From: Escherichia phage p000y
DNA: 64,000 nt
Sequence record: MK047718.1
Strand: one strand, 5' to 3'
This document shows, piece after piece, positions 20,331-31,786 of this stretch. Under the pieces are notes generated by a model that saw nothing but the letters and a program-made list of their open reading frames with translations, did not search any database and was not told the DNA's origin. Made by a program: the position numbers and the translations under genes. The stretch's first letter is position 1, and each line of letters starts with the position of its first letter.

Positions 20331-21187
20331 AACAATACCAATACCTGATTAATGATATCCTAGAAAATGGCTACGAAACAGACGACCGTACAGGCACAGG
20401 AACAATTGCCCTGTTCGGAACTAAATTACGTTGGGACCTGACTAAAGGATTCCCTGCAGTAACAACTAAGAAATTAGCATGGAAAGCTTGTATTGCCGAG
20501 TTACTGTGGTTCATGTCTGGTTCTACCAATGTTAATGATTTACGTATTCGTACTCACGGTAGTCTTATTCAAGGTAAAACTATTTGGGACGACAACTATG
20601 AAAATCAGGCAAAAGACCTTGGATATCATAGCGGCGAACTTGGTCCTATTTATGGTAAGCAATGGCGTGATTTTGGCGGTGTAGACCAATTGGTCAAAAC
20701 TATCGACCGCATTAAAGCTCTTCCTAATGATCGTCGTCAAATTGTTTCTGCCTGGAATCCGGCTGAAATAAATCAAATGGCACTTCCTCCTTGCCATATG
20801 TTCTATCAGTTCAATGTGCGTAATGGTCATCTTGATTTACAATGGTACCAGAGAAGTGTTGATGTTTTCTTGGGCTTGCCGTTCAACATTGCCTCGTACG
20901 CTGCCTTGACTCATATTGTAGCTAAGATGTGTAATCTTATCCCGGGTGATTTAGTGTTCTCAGGCGGCAACACGCATATCTACAGCAATCATGTCGAGCA
21001 ATGCAAAGAAGTTCTTCGTCGTGAACCTAAAGAGTTATGTTCTCTTGAAATTAATTGGCCTAGTAATTTTGAGAATTGGCCTACAAAAATCCAAATGGAC
21101 TGGGTTACTGGAACGATGACACATTCTGATTTCGTTCTTAAAAATTACGAATCTCATCCAGCTATCAAAGCTAAAATGGCGGTATAA
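20327..21187 (+). CDS. td: Thymidylate synthase (uninterrupted, no intron)
   Basis: 286 aa; closely matches remembered T4 Td across the whole length including the active-site region PPCH. Confidence 0.9.
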   Translation: MKQYQYLINDILENGYETDDRTGTGTIALFGTKLRWDLTKGFPAVTTKKLAWKACIAELLWFMSGSTNVNDLRIRTHGSLIQGKTIWDDNYENQAKDLGYHSGELGPIYGKQWRDFGGVDQLVKTIDRIKALPNDRRQIVSAWNPAEINQMALPPCHMFYQFNVRNGHLDLQWYQRSVDVFLGLPFNIASYAALTHIVAKMCNLIPGDLVFSGGNTHIYSNHVEQCKEVLRREPKELCSLEINWPSNFENWPTKIQMDWVTGTMTHSDFVLKNYESHPAIKAKMAV

Positions 21188-21188
21188 A

Positions 21189-21443
21189 ATGATTTTACGT
21201 TTTATTAATTCATATGGCACCACAATTTTTGAAATGAAAAATCCAAGTGAACTGGATATCCCTTCACCAAATAGTGAAATCACAGTTAAAGGTGAACGAT
21301 TCATTTGTTATTCACATGAACGAATTTATGAATATCGTGAATTCTGTGGTGGATTCGGTATAGAAAAAGAACCGTTGGTTTATTTTAATATCACGGTCTT
21401 GACTCCTAAAGAATACGAAGAAATTATTGCAGAGGACATGTAA
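21189..21443 (+). CDS. Hypothetical protein (84 aa)
   Basis: ORF between td and nrdA. Confidence 0.5.
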   Translation: MILRFINSYGTTIFEMKNPSELDIPSPNSEITVKGERFICYSHERIYEYREFCGGFGIEKEPLVYFNITVLTPKEYEEIIAEDM

Positions 21444-21748
21444 TGAAAATGTGCCGCGTTGTGAATAAATATAAATCCGATTTTGATGTTAATATTCATC
21501 GTGGCACATTCTGGGGAAATTATGTAGGCAAGGATGCCTCTTCCCGAGAAGAAGCTATTGAGCTTTTCAAAAAGGATTTTATTAAGAGAATTAAGTGTGG
21601 AGAAATCACAAAAGCTCATCTAGAACCTTTACGTGGTATGCGTCTGGGATGCACATGTAAACCAAAAGCCTGTCATGGTGATATAATATCTCTAGTGGTT
21701 AATAAACTTTTTAAAGACGAATTTAATATAGAGGACATATGCAAGTAA
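21443..21748 (+). CDS. Hypothetical Cys-rich protein (101 aa)
   Basis: ORF; contains GCTCKPKACHGD motif. Confidence 0.5.
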   Translation: MKMCRVVNKYKSDFDVNIHRGTFWGNYVGKDASSREEAIELFKKDFIKRIKCGEITKAHLEPLRGMRLGCTCKPKACHGDIISLVVNKLFKDEFNIEDICK

Positions 21749-23994
21749 CTAAGAGCAGTGGCGTATCCCAAAATTTTGATGCACAGAAAATTATCCAAGT
21801 TCTGACCTGGCAATGTGAAGGAACACAAATTGACCCATATGAATTGTACGAAGAAATTAAGACCCATCTTGTCGACGGGATGAGCACCAAAGATATTCAG
21901 AAGATTTGTATTAAAGTTGCAGCTAACTCGATTTCTGTCGAAGAACCTGATTATCAGTATGTCGCCGCCAAAGGGCTAATGTTTGCACTTCGTAAAGATG
22001 TGTATGGCCAGTTTGAACCGCCTGCTTTTATCGACCATATTTCTTATTGTGTTAATGAAGGCAAATATGACCCTGAGCTGTTGTCTCAATATTCAGCAGA
22101 AGAAATCATTTATCTCGATTCACAGATTAAACATGAACGAGACTTTGACCTGACTTATGCTGGTGCTATGCAACTTAAAGAAAAATATCTAGTTAAAGAT
22201 AAAACAACTGGGAAGATTTATGAAACTCCCCAGTTTGCTATCATGGCTATTGGCATGGCCTTACACCAAGACGAAACTCATGACCGTTTGAAACATATTA
22301 TTCGTTTTTATGATGCCGTTTCTACTCATCAAGTTTCATTGCCAACCCCAATTATGGCAGGTGCTCGTACTCCGACTCGCCAGTTTTCTAGTTGTGTAGT
22401 TATTGAAGCCGGTGATTCCTTAAAATCTATTAACAAAACTTCAGCATCAATTATTGAATATATTTCTAAACGAGCTGGTATTGGTATCAACGTTGGTATG
22501 CTTCGTGCAGAAGGTTCTAAGATCGGTATGGGTGAAGTTCGACATACGGGTGTTATTCCGTTCTGGAAACATTTCCAAACTGCAGTAAAATCTTGTTCTC
22601 AAGGCGGTATTCGTGGTGGTGCTGCTACAGCATATTATCCGATGTGGCACTTAGAAGTAGAGAACCTATTAGTTCTGAAAAATAACAAAGGCGTGGATGA
22701 AAACCGTATTCGACATATGGACTACGGAATTCAGATTAATGACCTTATGATGGAACGCCTTGGTAAAAATGATTATATTACTTTATTTAGCCCTCACGAA
22801 ATGTCAGGCGAACTATACTACTCGTTCTTTGAAGATCAAGATAAATTCCGTGAGCTTTATGAGAAAGCTGAAAAAGACCCAACAATCAGAAAGAAAAGAA
22901 TCAAAGCACTAGAACTCTTTGAATTGTTCATGACTGAACGTTCTGGCACCGCTCGAATTTATCCGCAATTCGTTGATAACACGAACAACTACACTCCATT
23001 TATTCGTGAAAAAGCTCCAATTCGTCAGAGTAACTTATGTTGTGAAATCGCTATTCCAACTAATGATGTGAATGGTCCTGATGCTGAAATTGGTTTATGC
23101 ACATTATCTGCTTTTGTATTAGATAAATTTGATTGGCAAGACCAAGATAAAATTAATGAACTTGCTGAAGTACAAGTACGTGCACTTGATAACCTGTTAG
23201 ACTATCAAGATTATCCGGTTCCAGAAGCTTTAAAAGCTAAAAAGCGTCGAAACCTCGGTGTTGGTGTGACGAACTATGCCGCATGGTTAGCTTCTAACTT
23301 TGCTTCATATGAAGACGCTAACGATTTGACTCATGAATTGTTTGAGAGATTGCAATATGGCCTTATCAAAGCATCAATCAAACTCGCCAAAGAAAAAGGA
23401 TGTTGCGAGTATTATTCAGACACTAAATGGTCTAGAGGCGAATTACCTATCGACTGGTACAATAAAAAGATTGACCAAATCGCAGCCCCGAACTACGTCT
23501 GTGACTGGGAAGAACTTCGAGCTGAACTCAAAGAACATGGAATTCGTAACTCAACGTTGTCTGCACTCATGCCTTGTGAGTCAAGCAGTCAAGTATCAAA
23601 CTCTACAAACGGGATTGAGCCACCACGTGGTCCAGTAAGTATTAAAGAATCTAAAGAAGGCAACTTCCGACAGGTTGTTCCTAATATCGAACATAACATG
23701 AGTCTTTACGACTACGCGTGGAAACTTGCTAAGAAAGGTAATAAACCTTATTTGACCCAAGTTGCTATCATGTTGAAATGGGTGTGCCAATCTGCTTCTG
23801 CTAATACTTACTATGACCCTGCAGTATTTGAGAAAGGTAAAGTGCCAATGTCAGTAATGCTTGACGATCTGCTTTACTTCTGGTACTTTGGCGGAAAAAA
23901 CCTCTACTATCATAACACTCGTGATGGGTCCGGTACAGACGACTATGAATTAGAAACACCTAAAGCAGAAGATTGTTCTGCTTGTAAGCTTTAA
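21739..23994 (+). CDS. nrdA: Ribonucleotide reductase large subunit (class Ia)
   Basis: 751 aa; closely matches remembered T4 NrdA (conserved active-site and C-terminal Cys regions). Confidence 0.9.
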   Translation: MQVTKSSGVSQNFDAQKIIQVLTWQCEGTQIDPYELYEEIKTHLVDGMSTKDIQKICIKVAANSISVEEPDYQYVAAKGLMFALRKDVYGQFEPPAFIDHISYCVNEGKYDPELLSQYSAEEIIYLDSQIKHERDFDLTYAGAMQLKEKYLVKDKTTGKIYETPQFAIMAIGMALHQDETHDRLKHIIRFYDAVSTHQVSLPTPIMAGARTPTRQFSSCVVIEAGDSLKSINKTSASIIEYISKRAGIGINVGMLRAEGSKIGMGEVRHTGVIPFWKHFQTAVKSCSQGGIRGGAATAYYPMWHLEVENLLVLKNNKGVDENRIRHMDYGIQINDLMMERLGKNDYITLFSPHEMSGELYYSFFEDQDKFRELYEKAEKDPTIRKKRIKALELFELFMTERSGTARIYPQFVDNTNNYTPFIREKAPIRQSNLCCEIAIPTNDVNGPDAEIGLCTLSAFVLDKFDWQDQDKINELAEVQVRALDNLLDYQDYPVPEALKAKKRRNLGVGVTNYAAWLASNFASYEDANDLTHELFERLQYGLIKASIKLAKEKGCCEYYSDTKWSRGELPIDWYNKKIDQIAAPNYVCDWEELRAELKEHGIRNSTLSALMPCESSSQVSNSTNGIEPPRGPVSIKESKEGNFRQVVPNIEHNMSLYDYAWKLAKKGNKPYLTQVAIMLKWVCQSASANTYYDPAVFEKGKVPMSVMLDDLLYFWYFGGKNLYYHNTRDGSGTDDYELETPKAEDCSACKL

Positions 23995-24048
23995 GACTTT
24001 TTATTATAATTTACTCATGGATGAGTTAATAACTAAGTGAGAAATATA

Positions 24049-25227
24049 ATGAGTACAGTTTTTAACACACAACAAGTCGATGTTTTGAATGAACCGATGT
24101 TCTTTGGTTCTGGTCTTGGCCTCGCACGGTATGATATTCAGCGTCATAAAGTTTTTGAAGAGCTTATCGAAAAGCAGCTCTCGTTCTTTTGGCGTCCCGA
24201 GGAAGTAAACTTGATGTTGGATTCGGCCCAGTTTAATAAGCTTCCACAGTTCCAACAGGACATCTTTACCAACAACCTTAAGTATCAATCATTATTAGAT
24301 TCTATCCAAGGTAGAGCACCATCTGCGGTACTTATGTCATTGCTTTCAGACCCTTCATTAGATACATGGGTTGCTACATGGACTTTCAGTGAAACTATTC
24401 ACTCTCGTTCATATACTCATATTATGCGAAATCTTTATACAGATCCATCGAAGGTGTTTGATGAGATTGTATTAGATGAAGCTATTATGAAGCGTGCCGA
24501 ATCTATCGGACGATATTATGATGATGTTCTGGTTAAAGCTCGTTATTGGGAAAACGCTAAAGCTGATATCGAATACCAAAAAGAAATTAATGCAGACGAA
24601 GACGTTATTGAAGATGCTATTGAGCATGAGACATATTGGAAGCGTGAGCTAATGAAATCTCTTTACCTCTGTTTGCACGTTATTAATGCCTTAGAAGCTA
24701 TTCGTTTTTATGTATCTTTCGCATGCACCTTTAACTTCCACAAGAATATGGAAATCATGGAAGGTAATGCCAAGATTATGAAGTTCATTGCTCGTGATGA
24801 ACAGCTCCACCTCAAGGGCACTCAATATATTATTCGCGCTTTACAAGATGGCGAAGACGGTGATGAATGGGTCAAAATTGCTCAAGAGTGTGAACAAGAA
24901 GCAGTTGATATTTTCATGGAAGTTAACGCTCAAGAAAAAGAATGGGCTGAACACTTGTTTAAAGATGGTGCTCTTCCAGGTCTAAATGTTAAAATCCTAA
25001 GTGAATTTGTGGATTATCTTACCGTGTCTCGTATGCGTAGTTGTGGTCTGCCATGTCCTCTTAAAGACGTATCAACTCGTCATCCTATTCCATGGATTCG
25101 TGAGTATTTGAACTCTGATTTGGTTCAAGCAGCCCCACAAGAAGTTGAAATCAGTTCTTATCTTGTCGCACAAATTGATAATGATGTAGACCAAAATGTA
25201 ATCAATTCATACAAAAAATATTTCTAA
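24049..25227 (+). CDS. nrdB: Ribonucleotide reductase small subunit (uninterrupted, no intron)
   Basis: 392 aa from MSTVFNTQQVDVLNEP...; start trimmed to the ATG preceded by RBS GAGAAA; matches remembered T4 NrdB. Confidence 0.9.
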   Translation: MSTVFNTQQVDVLNEPMFFGSGLGLARYDIQRHKVFEELIEKQLSFFWRPEEVNLMLDSAQFNKLPQFQQDIFTNNLKYQSLLDSIQGRAPSAVLMSLLSDPSLDTWVATWTFSETIHSRSYTHIMRNLYTDPSKVFDEIVLDEAIMKRAESIGRYYDDVLVKARYWENAKADIEYQKEINADEDVIEDAIEHETYWKRELMKSLYLCLHVINALEAIRFYVSFACTFNFHKNMEIMEGNAKIMKFIARDEQLHLKGTQYIIRALQDGEDGDEWVKIAQECEQEAVDIFMEVNAQEKEWAEHLFKDGALPGLNVKILSEFVDYLTVSRMRSCGLPCPLKDVSTRHPIPWIREYLNSDLVQAAPQEVEISSYLVAQIDNDVDQNVINSYKKYF

Positions 25228-25231
25228 GGAC

Positions 25232-25252
25232 GGGACTTCGGTCCCACTTTAT
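25232..25252 (+). terminator. Hairpin GGGACTTCGGTCCC after nrdB (weak T-run)
   Basis: TTCG tetraloop hairpin. Confidence 0.4.
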
Positions 25253-25253
25253 T

Positions 25254-25664
25254 ATGAAAGATATCGCCGCCGAATATTCCTTTATTAAATATACAGAATT
25301 GGAGCTATTAGAAGATGCAACAATTAAAACAGTTGATGTCCCTAATAAGAAAAATGTCATATATGCTATTGCTATAGATGACGAACTTGTGTATATTGGT
25401 AAAACCAAGAATTTAAAGAAACGCATTAACTATTATCGAACAGCCATAAATCGAAAAGACCAGACTTCAGATTCAAGAAAATCACTTATGATTTTGGATG
25501 CCTTAATGCAAGGCAAAAAGGTTGAATTCTGGGCCCGCCAATGTTTTGACCTTTCAGTCACCAACGAACTTGGTTCAATGACCATCGCAACAATGGACCT
25601 TGAAGAACCACTTTTTATCAAAAAGTTCAACCCGCCTTGGAATATCCAACATAAGAAAAAGTAG
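25254..25664 (+). CDS. denA: Endonuclease II (GIY-YIG family)
   Basis: 136 aa (T4 DenA is 136 aa); GIY-YIG-like motif IYAIAIDDELVYIGKT...R...YY; position next to nrdB. Confidence 0.65.
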   Translation: MKDIAAEYSFIKYTELELLEDATIKTVDVPNKKNVIYAIAIDDELVYIGKTKNLKKRINYYRTAINRKDQTSDSRKSLMILDALMQGKKVEFWARQCFDLSVTNELGSMTIATMDLEEPLFIKKFNPPWNIQHKKK

Positions 25665-25695
25665 TTTACATACCACAAGGATTGTGGTACAATTT
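25664..25695 (+). promoter_or_regulatory. Early promoter (GTTTAC ... TACAAT) with stem CCACA/TGTGG
   Basis: Upstream of rnlA. Confidence 0.5.
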
Positions 25696-25710
25696 AAAAA
25701 AACTAACTGA

Positions 25711-26844
<1,134 letters not shown>

Positions 26845-26846
26845 CG

Positions 26847-26878
26847 GTTTACAAACACCAAGGATGGTGATACTATGG
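26847..26878 (+). promoter_or_regulatory. Early promoter (GTTTAC ... TACTAT)
   Basis: Upstream of alc; conserved leader TATCAACAACA(T/C)GAGGA shared with other early units in the window. Confidence 0.5.
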
Positions 26879-26905
26879 GTTTATCAACAACACGAGGAGA
26901 AAATT

Positions 26906-27406
26906 ATGAATATGCAATTGATTACTAACGATATGGTCGTAAACGCTTTTGGAGACACAACTGACGGAATCCGGGTCTTTAAGAAAGGACGTCCAGTTGG
27001 TTATCTTACTGACCTACGGGTTACACTGGCCAAAAATCTTAAAAAGAAAGTAAAACAAAAAGAGTATTCAACCCGATACGCTGAAGAGAAACGCGAAGCG
27101 ATGCCAGAAGCAGTTAATGCTATGGTAGAATTTCTTCAAAACAATTTGACTAAATATGACGCTAATGTGTTCATTAATATTAGTCAACCAAACGTACATA
27201 TCGCAGGTATAAAATTCTACATTATTTGCGACCCTCTTACCGACAAATTCAACCGTCTCGGAATTTCAAGTCCATATCATACAGCAGAAGAGTTGTGTGT
27301 ATTGTTTGAATCGTACAAAATCCAGTGTGATGGTTTGAAAACCGTTCTTATCAATGGATTATCCCGAGATGAAATCATTGAGATTATTAAAACATGCTTA
27401 AAGTAA
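26906..27406 (+). CDS. alc: Alc-like protein (166 aa)
   Basis: Start trimmed to ATG with RBS GAGGAGA; size (T4 Alc about 167 aa) and position between rnlA and pseT. Confidence 0.55.
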   Translation: MNMQLITNDMVVNAFGDTTDGIRVFKKGRPVGYLTDLRVTLAKNLKKKVKQKEYSTRYAEEKREAMPEAVNAMVEFLQNNLTKYDANVFINISQPNVHIAGIKFYIICDPLTDKFNRLGISSPYHTAEELCVLFESYKIQCDGLKTVLINGLSRDEIIEIIKTCLK

Positions 27407-27750
27407 ATCCTATTTACGCTATAGTAGCAGCTTTTGCTCTAGTTTCTACGGTAACAATAGTTGTCTTAAACAACAAAGTTGATTCGTTGAATACTGAATT
27501 AGCTTCTGTCAAAGAGACTGCTAAAAACAATGCTAAAGTATTAGATGACTTCAAGGTTCAATATCAGTCAATCGAAGAAATGACTTATAAGAACCGTGTT
27601 TTAGTTGACCAACTTAAGGCCGAAAATGAAAAGCTCCGTAAGGATTCGAAGAAGAAGAACGTGGTGGCAAGTAAGCCAGGATTGGTCGAAAAACAAATCA
27701 ACAGGTCCTTCGATTCCTTTGCAGAAGACCTCAGGAAGCTCTCAGAATGA
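27394..27750 (+). CDS. Membrane-anchored coiled-coil protein (118 aa)
   Basis: N-terminal TM helix (IYAIVAAFALVSTVTIVVL) followed by charged helical region. Confidence 0.55.
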   Translation: MLKVNPIYAIVAAFALVSTVTIVVLNNKVDSLNTELASVKETAKNNAKVLDDFKVQYQSIEEMTYKNRVLVDQLKAENEKLRKDSKKKNVVASKPGLVEKQINRSFDSFAEDLRKLSE

Positions 27751-28037
27751 TTAAATTAACTGTGGCTGTATTATCTATTGGTCTCCTAGTTGGATGTACT
27801 CAGGATGTGCCAGTAAGCCCTAAAGAAACTTTACATCCTTCATGGCCTACGCCTATTTCCGAATACAACCAGAAATGGCAAGTAAAGGTTATTGATGGTA
27901 ATCCGTGGGTTGGAATGCCATTTGAAGACTCTCAAGAATTTCGTATCTGGTTAAACGACGTAAAAAGATATATACATGACCAGAAGACTATGTTATGTTA
28001 TTATCGTAGTGGTTTAAAAGAGGAAAAATGCCAATGA
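27747..28037 (+). CDS. Predicted lipoprotein (96 aa)
   Basis: Signal peptide with lipobox LLVGC (MIKLTVAVLSIGLLVGCTQD). Confidence 0.55.
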   Translation: MIKLTVAVLSIGLLVGCTQDVPVSPKETLHPSWPTPISEYNQKWQVKVIDGNPWVGMPFEDSQEFRIWLNDVKRYIHDQKTMLCYYRSGLKEEKCQ

Positions 28038-28252
28038 CTAAAGAACAGCATGAATACATTAAAGGGCTTATCTATGAATCTGAAATGGCGGCTATGATTT
28101 ATGGACGCCAGATTCAACGATTAGAATCTTTGCCTCCGACTAATGACCGCTTGTTAGTTCAGTCTCGTGCTAATCTGAAAAATGAATATCAGAATAAGTG
28201 GGCAGTAGCGACTAAAGCTCTTCATGAGTATATTGAATCTTTAGTAAAATAG
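28028..28252 (+). CDS. Hypothetical protein (74 aa)
   Basis: ORF in pseT-proximal cluster. Confidence 0.45.
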   Translation: MPMTKEQHEYIKGLIYESEMAAMIYGRQIQRLESLPPTNDRLLVQSRANLKNEYQNKWAVATKALHEYIESLVK

Positions 28253-28283
28253 TTTACAAACTCTCAGGAGCAGAGTATAATGC
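28252..28283 (+). promoter_or_regulatory. Early promoter (GTTTAC ... TATAAT) with stem AGGAGC/GCTCCT
   Basis: Consensus -10 TATAAT enclosed by inverted repeat. Confidence 0.55.
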
Positions 28284-28309
28284 TCCTATGGATAATTGAG
28301 GAAATCTAA

Positions 28310-28608
28310 ATGAAAACATTACTAGAGAATTACATCAAACGGTCTGATGAGTATATTGATATCTGTCGTGGAATGTCACTTGGCAATTATGACAAAGATG
28401 CAGCAAAGGCACTAGATGAAGCAGGTAAAGCTCTTCGTAAAGCTGCTAAAGAAAAAGGGTTGGATTTGCAACAACTCAAAAGTCATATGATTAAATTTAT
28501 TTCTTCAAACGTTAGAAGTACGTCAATTAATAAAAACGTTGCTGAAATTAATAAAGACCGGCGCGAGCATAACATTCGTATTCTTGAAATTTTCTTAGGA
28601 ATAAAATA

Positions 28609-28609
<1 letters not shown>
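28310..28609 (+). CDS. Hypothetical protein (99 aa)
   Basis: ORF with RBS GAGGAAA. Confidence 0.55.
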
Positions 28610-29696
<1,087 letters not shown>

Positions 29697-29888
29697 ATGA
29701 AACGATTATATGAAGTGATTGAGGCCATCGAACATCATAAAGAATATTTGTTTGTAGCCTGGCCTTTAGTAAATGGACAGTTCGGTATTGATGTGCTGGA
29801 CTATGAGCATGAAGAACGTTTGGACGGCGGTATATTTGATAACGTCGACCAGGCAATTGAATGGTTAAATGAAAACTATGTACGATAA
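29697..29888 (+). CDS. Hypothetical protein (63 aa)
   Basis: ORF. Confidence 0.45.
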   Translation: MKRLYEVIEAIEHHKEYLFVAWPLVNGQFGIDVLDYEHEERLDGGIFDNVDQAIEWLNENYVR

Positions 29889-30093
29889 ACATCATGAAAT
29901 AGAAGATGAAGCATACAAAATGCTTCGTAAACTAGTGGGACTTAATATGAGTCCTACATTAATCAACAAACTCGCAGGAATTCGTAATGATCTGAATACT
30001 CGTTACAAAGGTGAATATCATGTAGAGTTTGTTCCTGTAGGTGAACCAACCGAGCGATTTGTTGTTCGAGTTAAAGTAAATACTGTGCACTGA
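29869..30093 (+). CDS. Hypothetical protein (74 aa)
   Basis: ORF. Confidence 0.45.
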   Translation: MKTMYDKHHEIEDEAYKMLRKLVGLNMSPTLINKLAGIRNDLNTRYKGEYHVEFVPVGEPTERFVVRVKVNTVH

Positions 30094-30100
30094 GGTAATT

Positions 30101-30376
30101 ATGTTCCCAACTTATTCTGAAATTGTAAAGGTAGTCTTCAGTCAGATTATTGCTAATAATATGTTTGAAGTGCTTGATAATGCAGCCGAACTCAGAGTTC
30201 ATGCTCAAGTAACTCATGTACTCAATGCTTTGCTCCCAGACCAAGTAGATTCTATTGCTATTACTCTTCTCCCTGGATCTGCACACGTCATCGTGGTATT
30301 TGATCTTGACGGCGATTTAGTTATCCAATGTGATATCAATTTCGGTACACAAAAAATTGAATGCAAAGCAATTTGA
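30101..30376 (+). CDS. Hypothetical protein (91 aa)
   Basis: ORF. Confidence 0.5.
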   Translation: MFPTYSEIVKVVFSQIIANNMFEVLDNAAELRVHAQVTHVLNALLPDQVDSIAITLLPGSAHVIVVFDLDGDLVIQCDINFGTQKIECKAI

Positions 30377-30378
30377 TG

Positions 30379-30410
30379 GTTTACAACATGGTGGAGTTGT
30401 GATACTATAA
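30379..30410 (+). promoter_or_regulatory. Early promoter (GTTTAC ... TACTAT) with stem GGTGGAGTT/AACTCTACC
   Basis: Likely drives ORF 30437 and the DAHP synthase gene. Confidence 0.5.
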
Positions 30411-30436
30411 CTCTACCAACAAATGAGGAAATAGAA

Positions 30437-30673
30437 ATGCTAAGTGAAAACCCAATTACAGTACACGAATTTCAGATTAAAGTAAAAGAATTTGCTCAAG
30501 CACTCATCAATAAAGTGTCTGAACGTTTCCAAGATGCAACATTACGAGTTATTCAAGAATCTCCACGTTCTTTTCTCATAATCGTTAATCCTAAAGATGG
30601 TGACCAAATTACTAATCTTAAATTAGGCAGTGATGGTCTTGTTGAAGCAACTCGAGTATATGGAACACTATAA
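30437..30673 (+). CDS. Hypothetical protein (78 aa)
   Basis: ORF with RBS GAGGAAA. Confidence 0.55.
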   Translation: MLSENPITVHEFQIKVKEFAQALINKVSERFQDATLRVIQESPRSFLIIVNPKDGDQITNLKLGSDGLVEATRVYGTL

Positions 30674-30793
30674 TGAGAGCTATCTCATTACTATCGAGAA
30701 TGGTCATAAATCTGAGCACTACCAACTTAGCCTGTCTAATCCGGTTAAAGGTATTGTTGAATCAGAATCTGTTTATATCTCCTAAGGATTGTT

Positions 30794-31786
30794 ATGTTAC
30801 CTGTCGTCGGAAAACTTATTTCTCCAAAAGAACTGGCTGAGATTATTCCTTTGTCGGAAGCTTACGCATCACAAGTGGCTTCTCATCGCGAACAAGTTAA
30901 TTCGATTATGAACGGTGAAGACCCACGCAAACTTATTGTTGTAGGTCCTTGTTCAATTCATGACCCTATTGCTGCTGTTGAATACGGCAAACGTCTGGCT
31001 GAACTTCAAACTCGTCTTCCTAATGTTCTGTTAGTGATGCGCGTTTATTTTGAAAAGCCTCGAACTACCGTAGGTTGGAAAGGTCTTGTAAATGATCCAT
31101 ATCTTGACGGAAGTTTTGATATGAACCACGGTCTTATAGTTGCACGAACATTGTGTCGTAAACTTCTACGTATGGGACTTCCATTAGCAACTGAAGTATT
31201 AGACCCATTCACGATTAAGTATCTTTCTGGTATTTTCTCATGGGTTGCTATTGGCGCCCGTACGACTGAAAGTCAGACACATCGTGAAATTGCTTCAGGT
31301 CTACCGATGTGCGTAGGCTTCAAGAACGCAACCAATGGTTCTATTAAAGTAGCTACAGACGCGATGTATAGCGCCGCCTGGCCTCATCGGTATATGGGTA
31401 TGGACGTCGATGGTACTGTAGGCATTGTTGAAGCTGAAGGTAATCAGAATACGCATATCGTATTGCGTGGCGGGACCAACGGCCCGAACTATCATTCTTC
31501 TGATATTCAAGAAGCTTCTAACAAAGCAAGTGCAGTAGGTCTGAATCATTATGTAATGGTTGACTGTAGCCATGCAAACGCTGCTGGGCATTATAGCAAT
31601 CAAATTGGTATTGGTAAAAATTTAGCAGCTAATGATTTGGTCAAAGGAATTATGATAGAATCATTCCTACATGAAGGAAATCAAAAAATTTCTGATAATA
31701 TGTCCTATGGCGTTTCCGTTACCGATGCGTGCATCAGTTGGGAACAAACTAAAGAGCTGTTAACTTATATTAATAAGGTTCAATAA
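30794..31786 (+). CDS. 3-deoxy-D-arabino-heptulosonate-7-phosphate (DAHP) synthase, class I (AroG/AroF/AroH-like)
   Basis: 330 aa; colinear with E. coli AroG incl. catalytic motifs GPCSIHD, VYFEKPRTTVGWKGL, IGARTTESQ, HREIASGL, CSHAN, ESFLHEGNQ, TDACI; RBS AAGGA. Confidence 0.85.
   Translation: MLPVVGKLISPKELAEIIPLSEAYASQVASHREQVNSIMNGEDPRKLIVVGPCSIHDPIAAVEYGKRLAELQTRLPNVLLVMRVYFEKPRTTVGWKGLVNDPYLDGSFDMNHGLIVARTLCRKLLRMGLPLATEVLDPFTIKYLSGIFSWVAIGARTTESQTHREIASGLPMCVGFKNATNGSIKVATDAMYSAAWPHRYMGMDVDGTVGIVEAEGNQNTHIVLRGGTNGPNYHSSDIQEASNKASAVGLNHYVMVDCSHANAAGHYSNQIGIGKNLAANDLVKGIMIESFLHEGNQKISDNMSYGVSVTDACISWEQTKELLTYINKVQ

Noticed and set aside
26864-26905. N-terminal extensions in the ORF track (for example MVILWVYQQHEEKIM of the alc ORF; likewise at 41298-41369 and 49019-49099)
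   Set aside because: These residues are read-through of the conserved early promoter/leader TATCAACAACAYGAGGA; the real starts are the downstream ATGs preceded by the GAGGA ribosome-binding sites.
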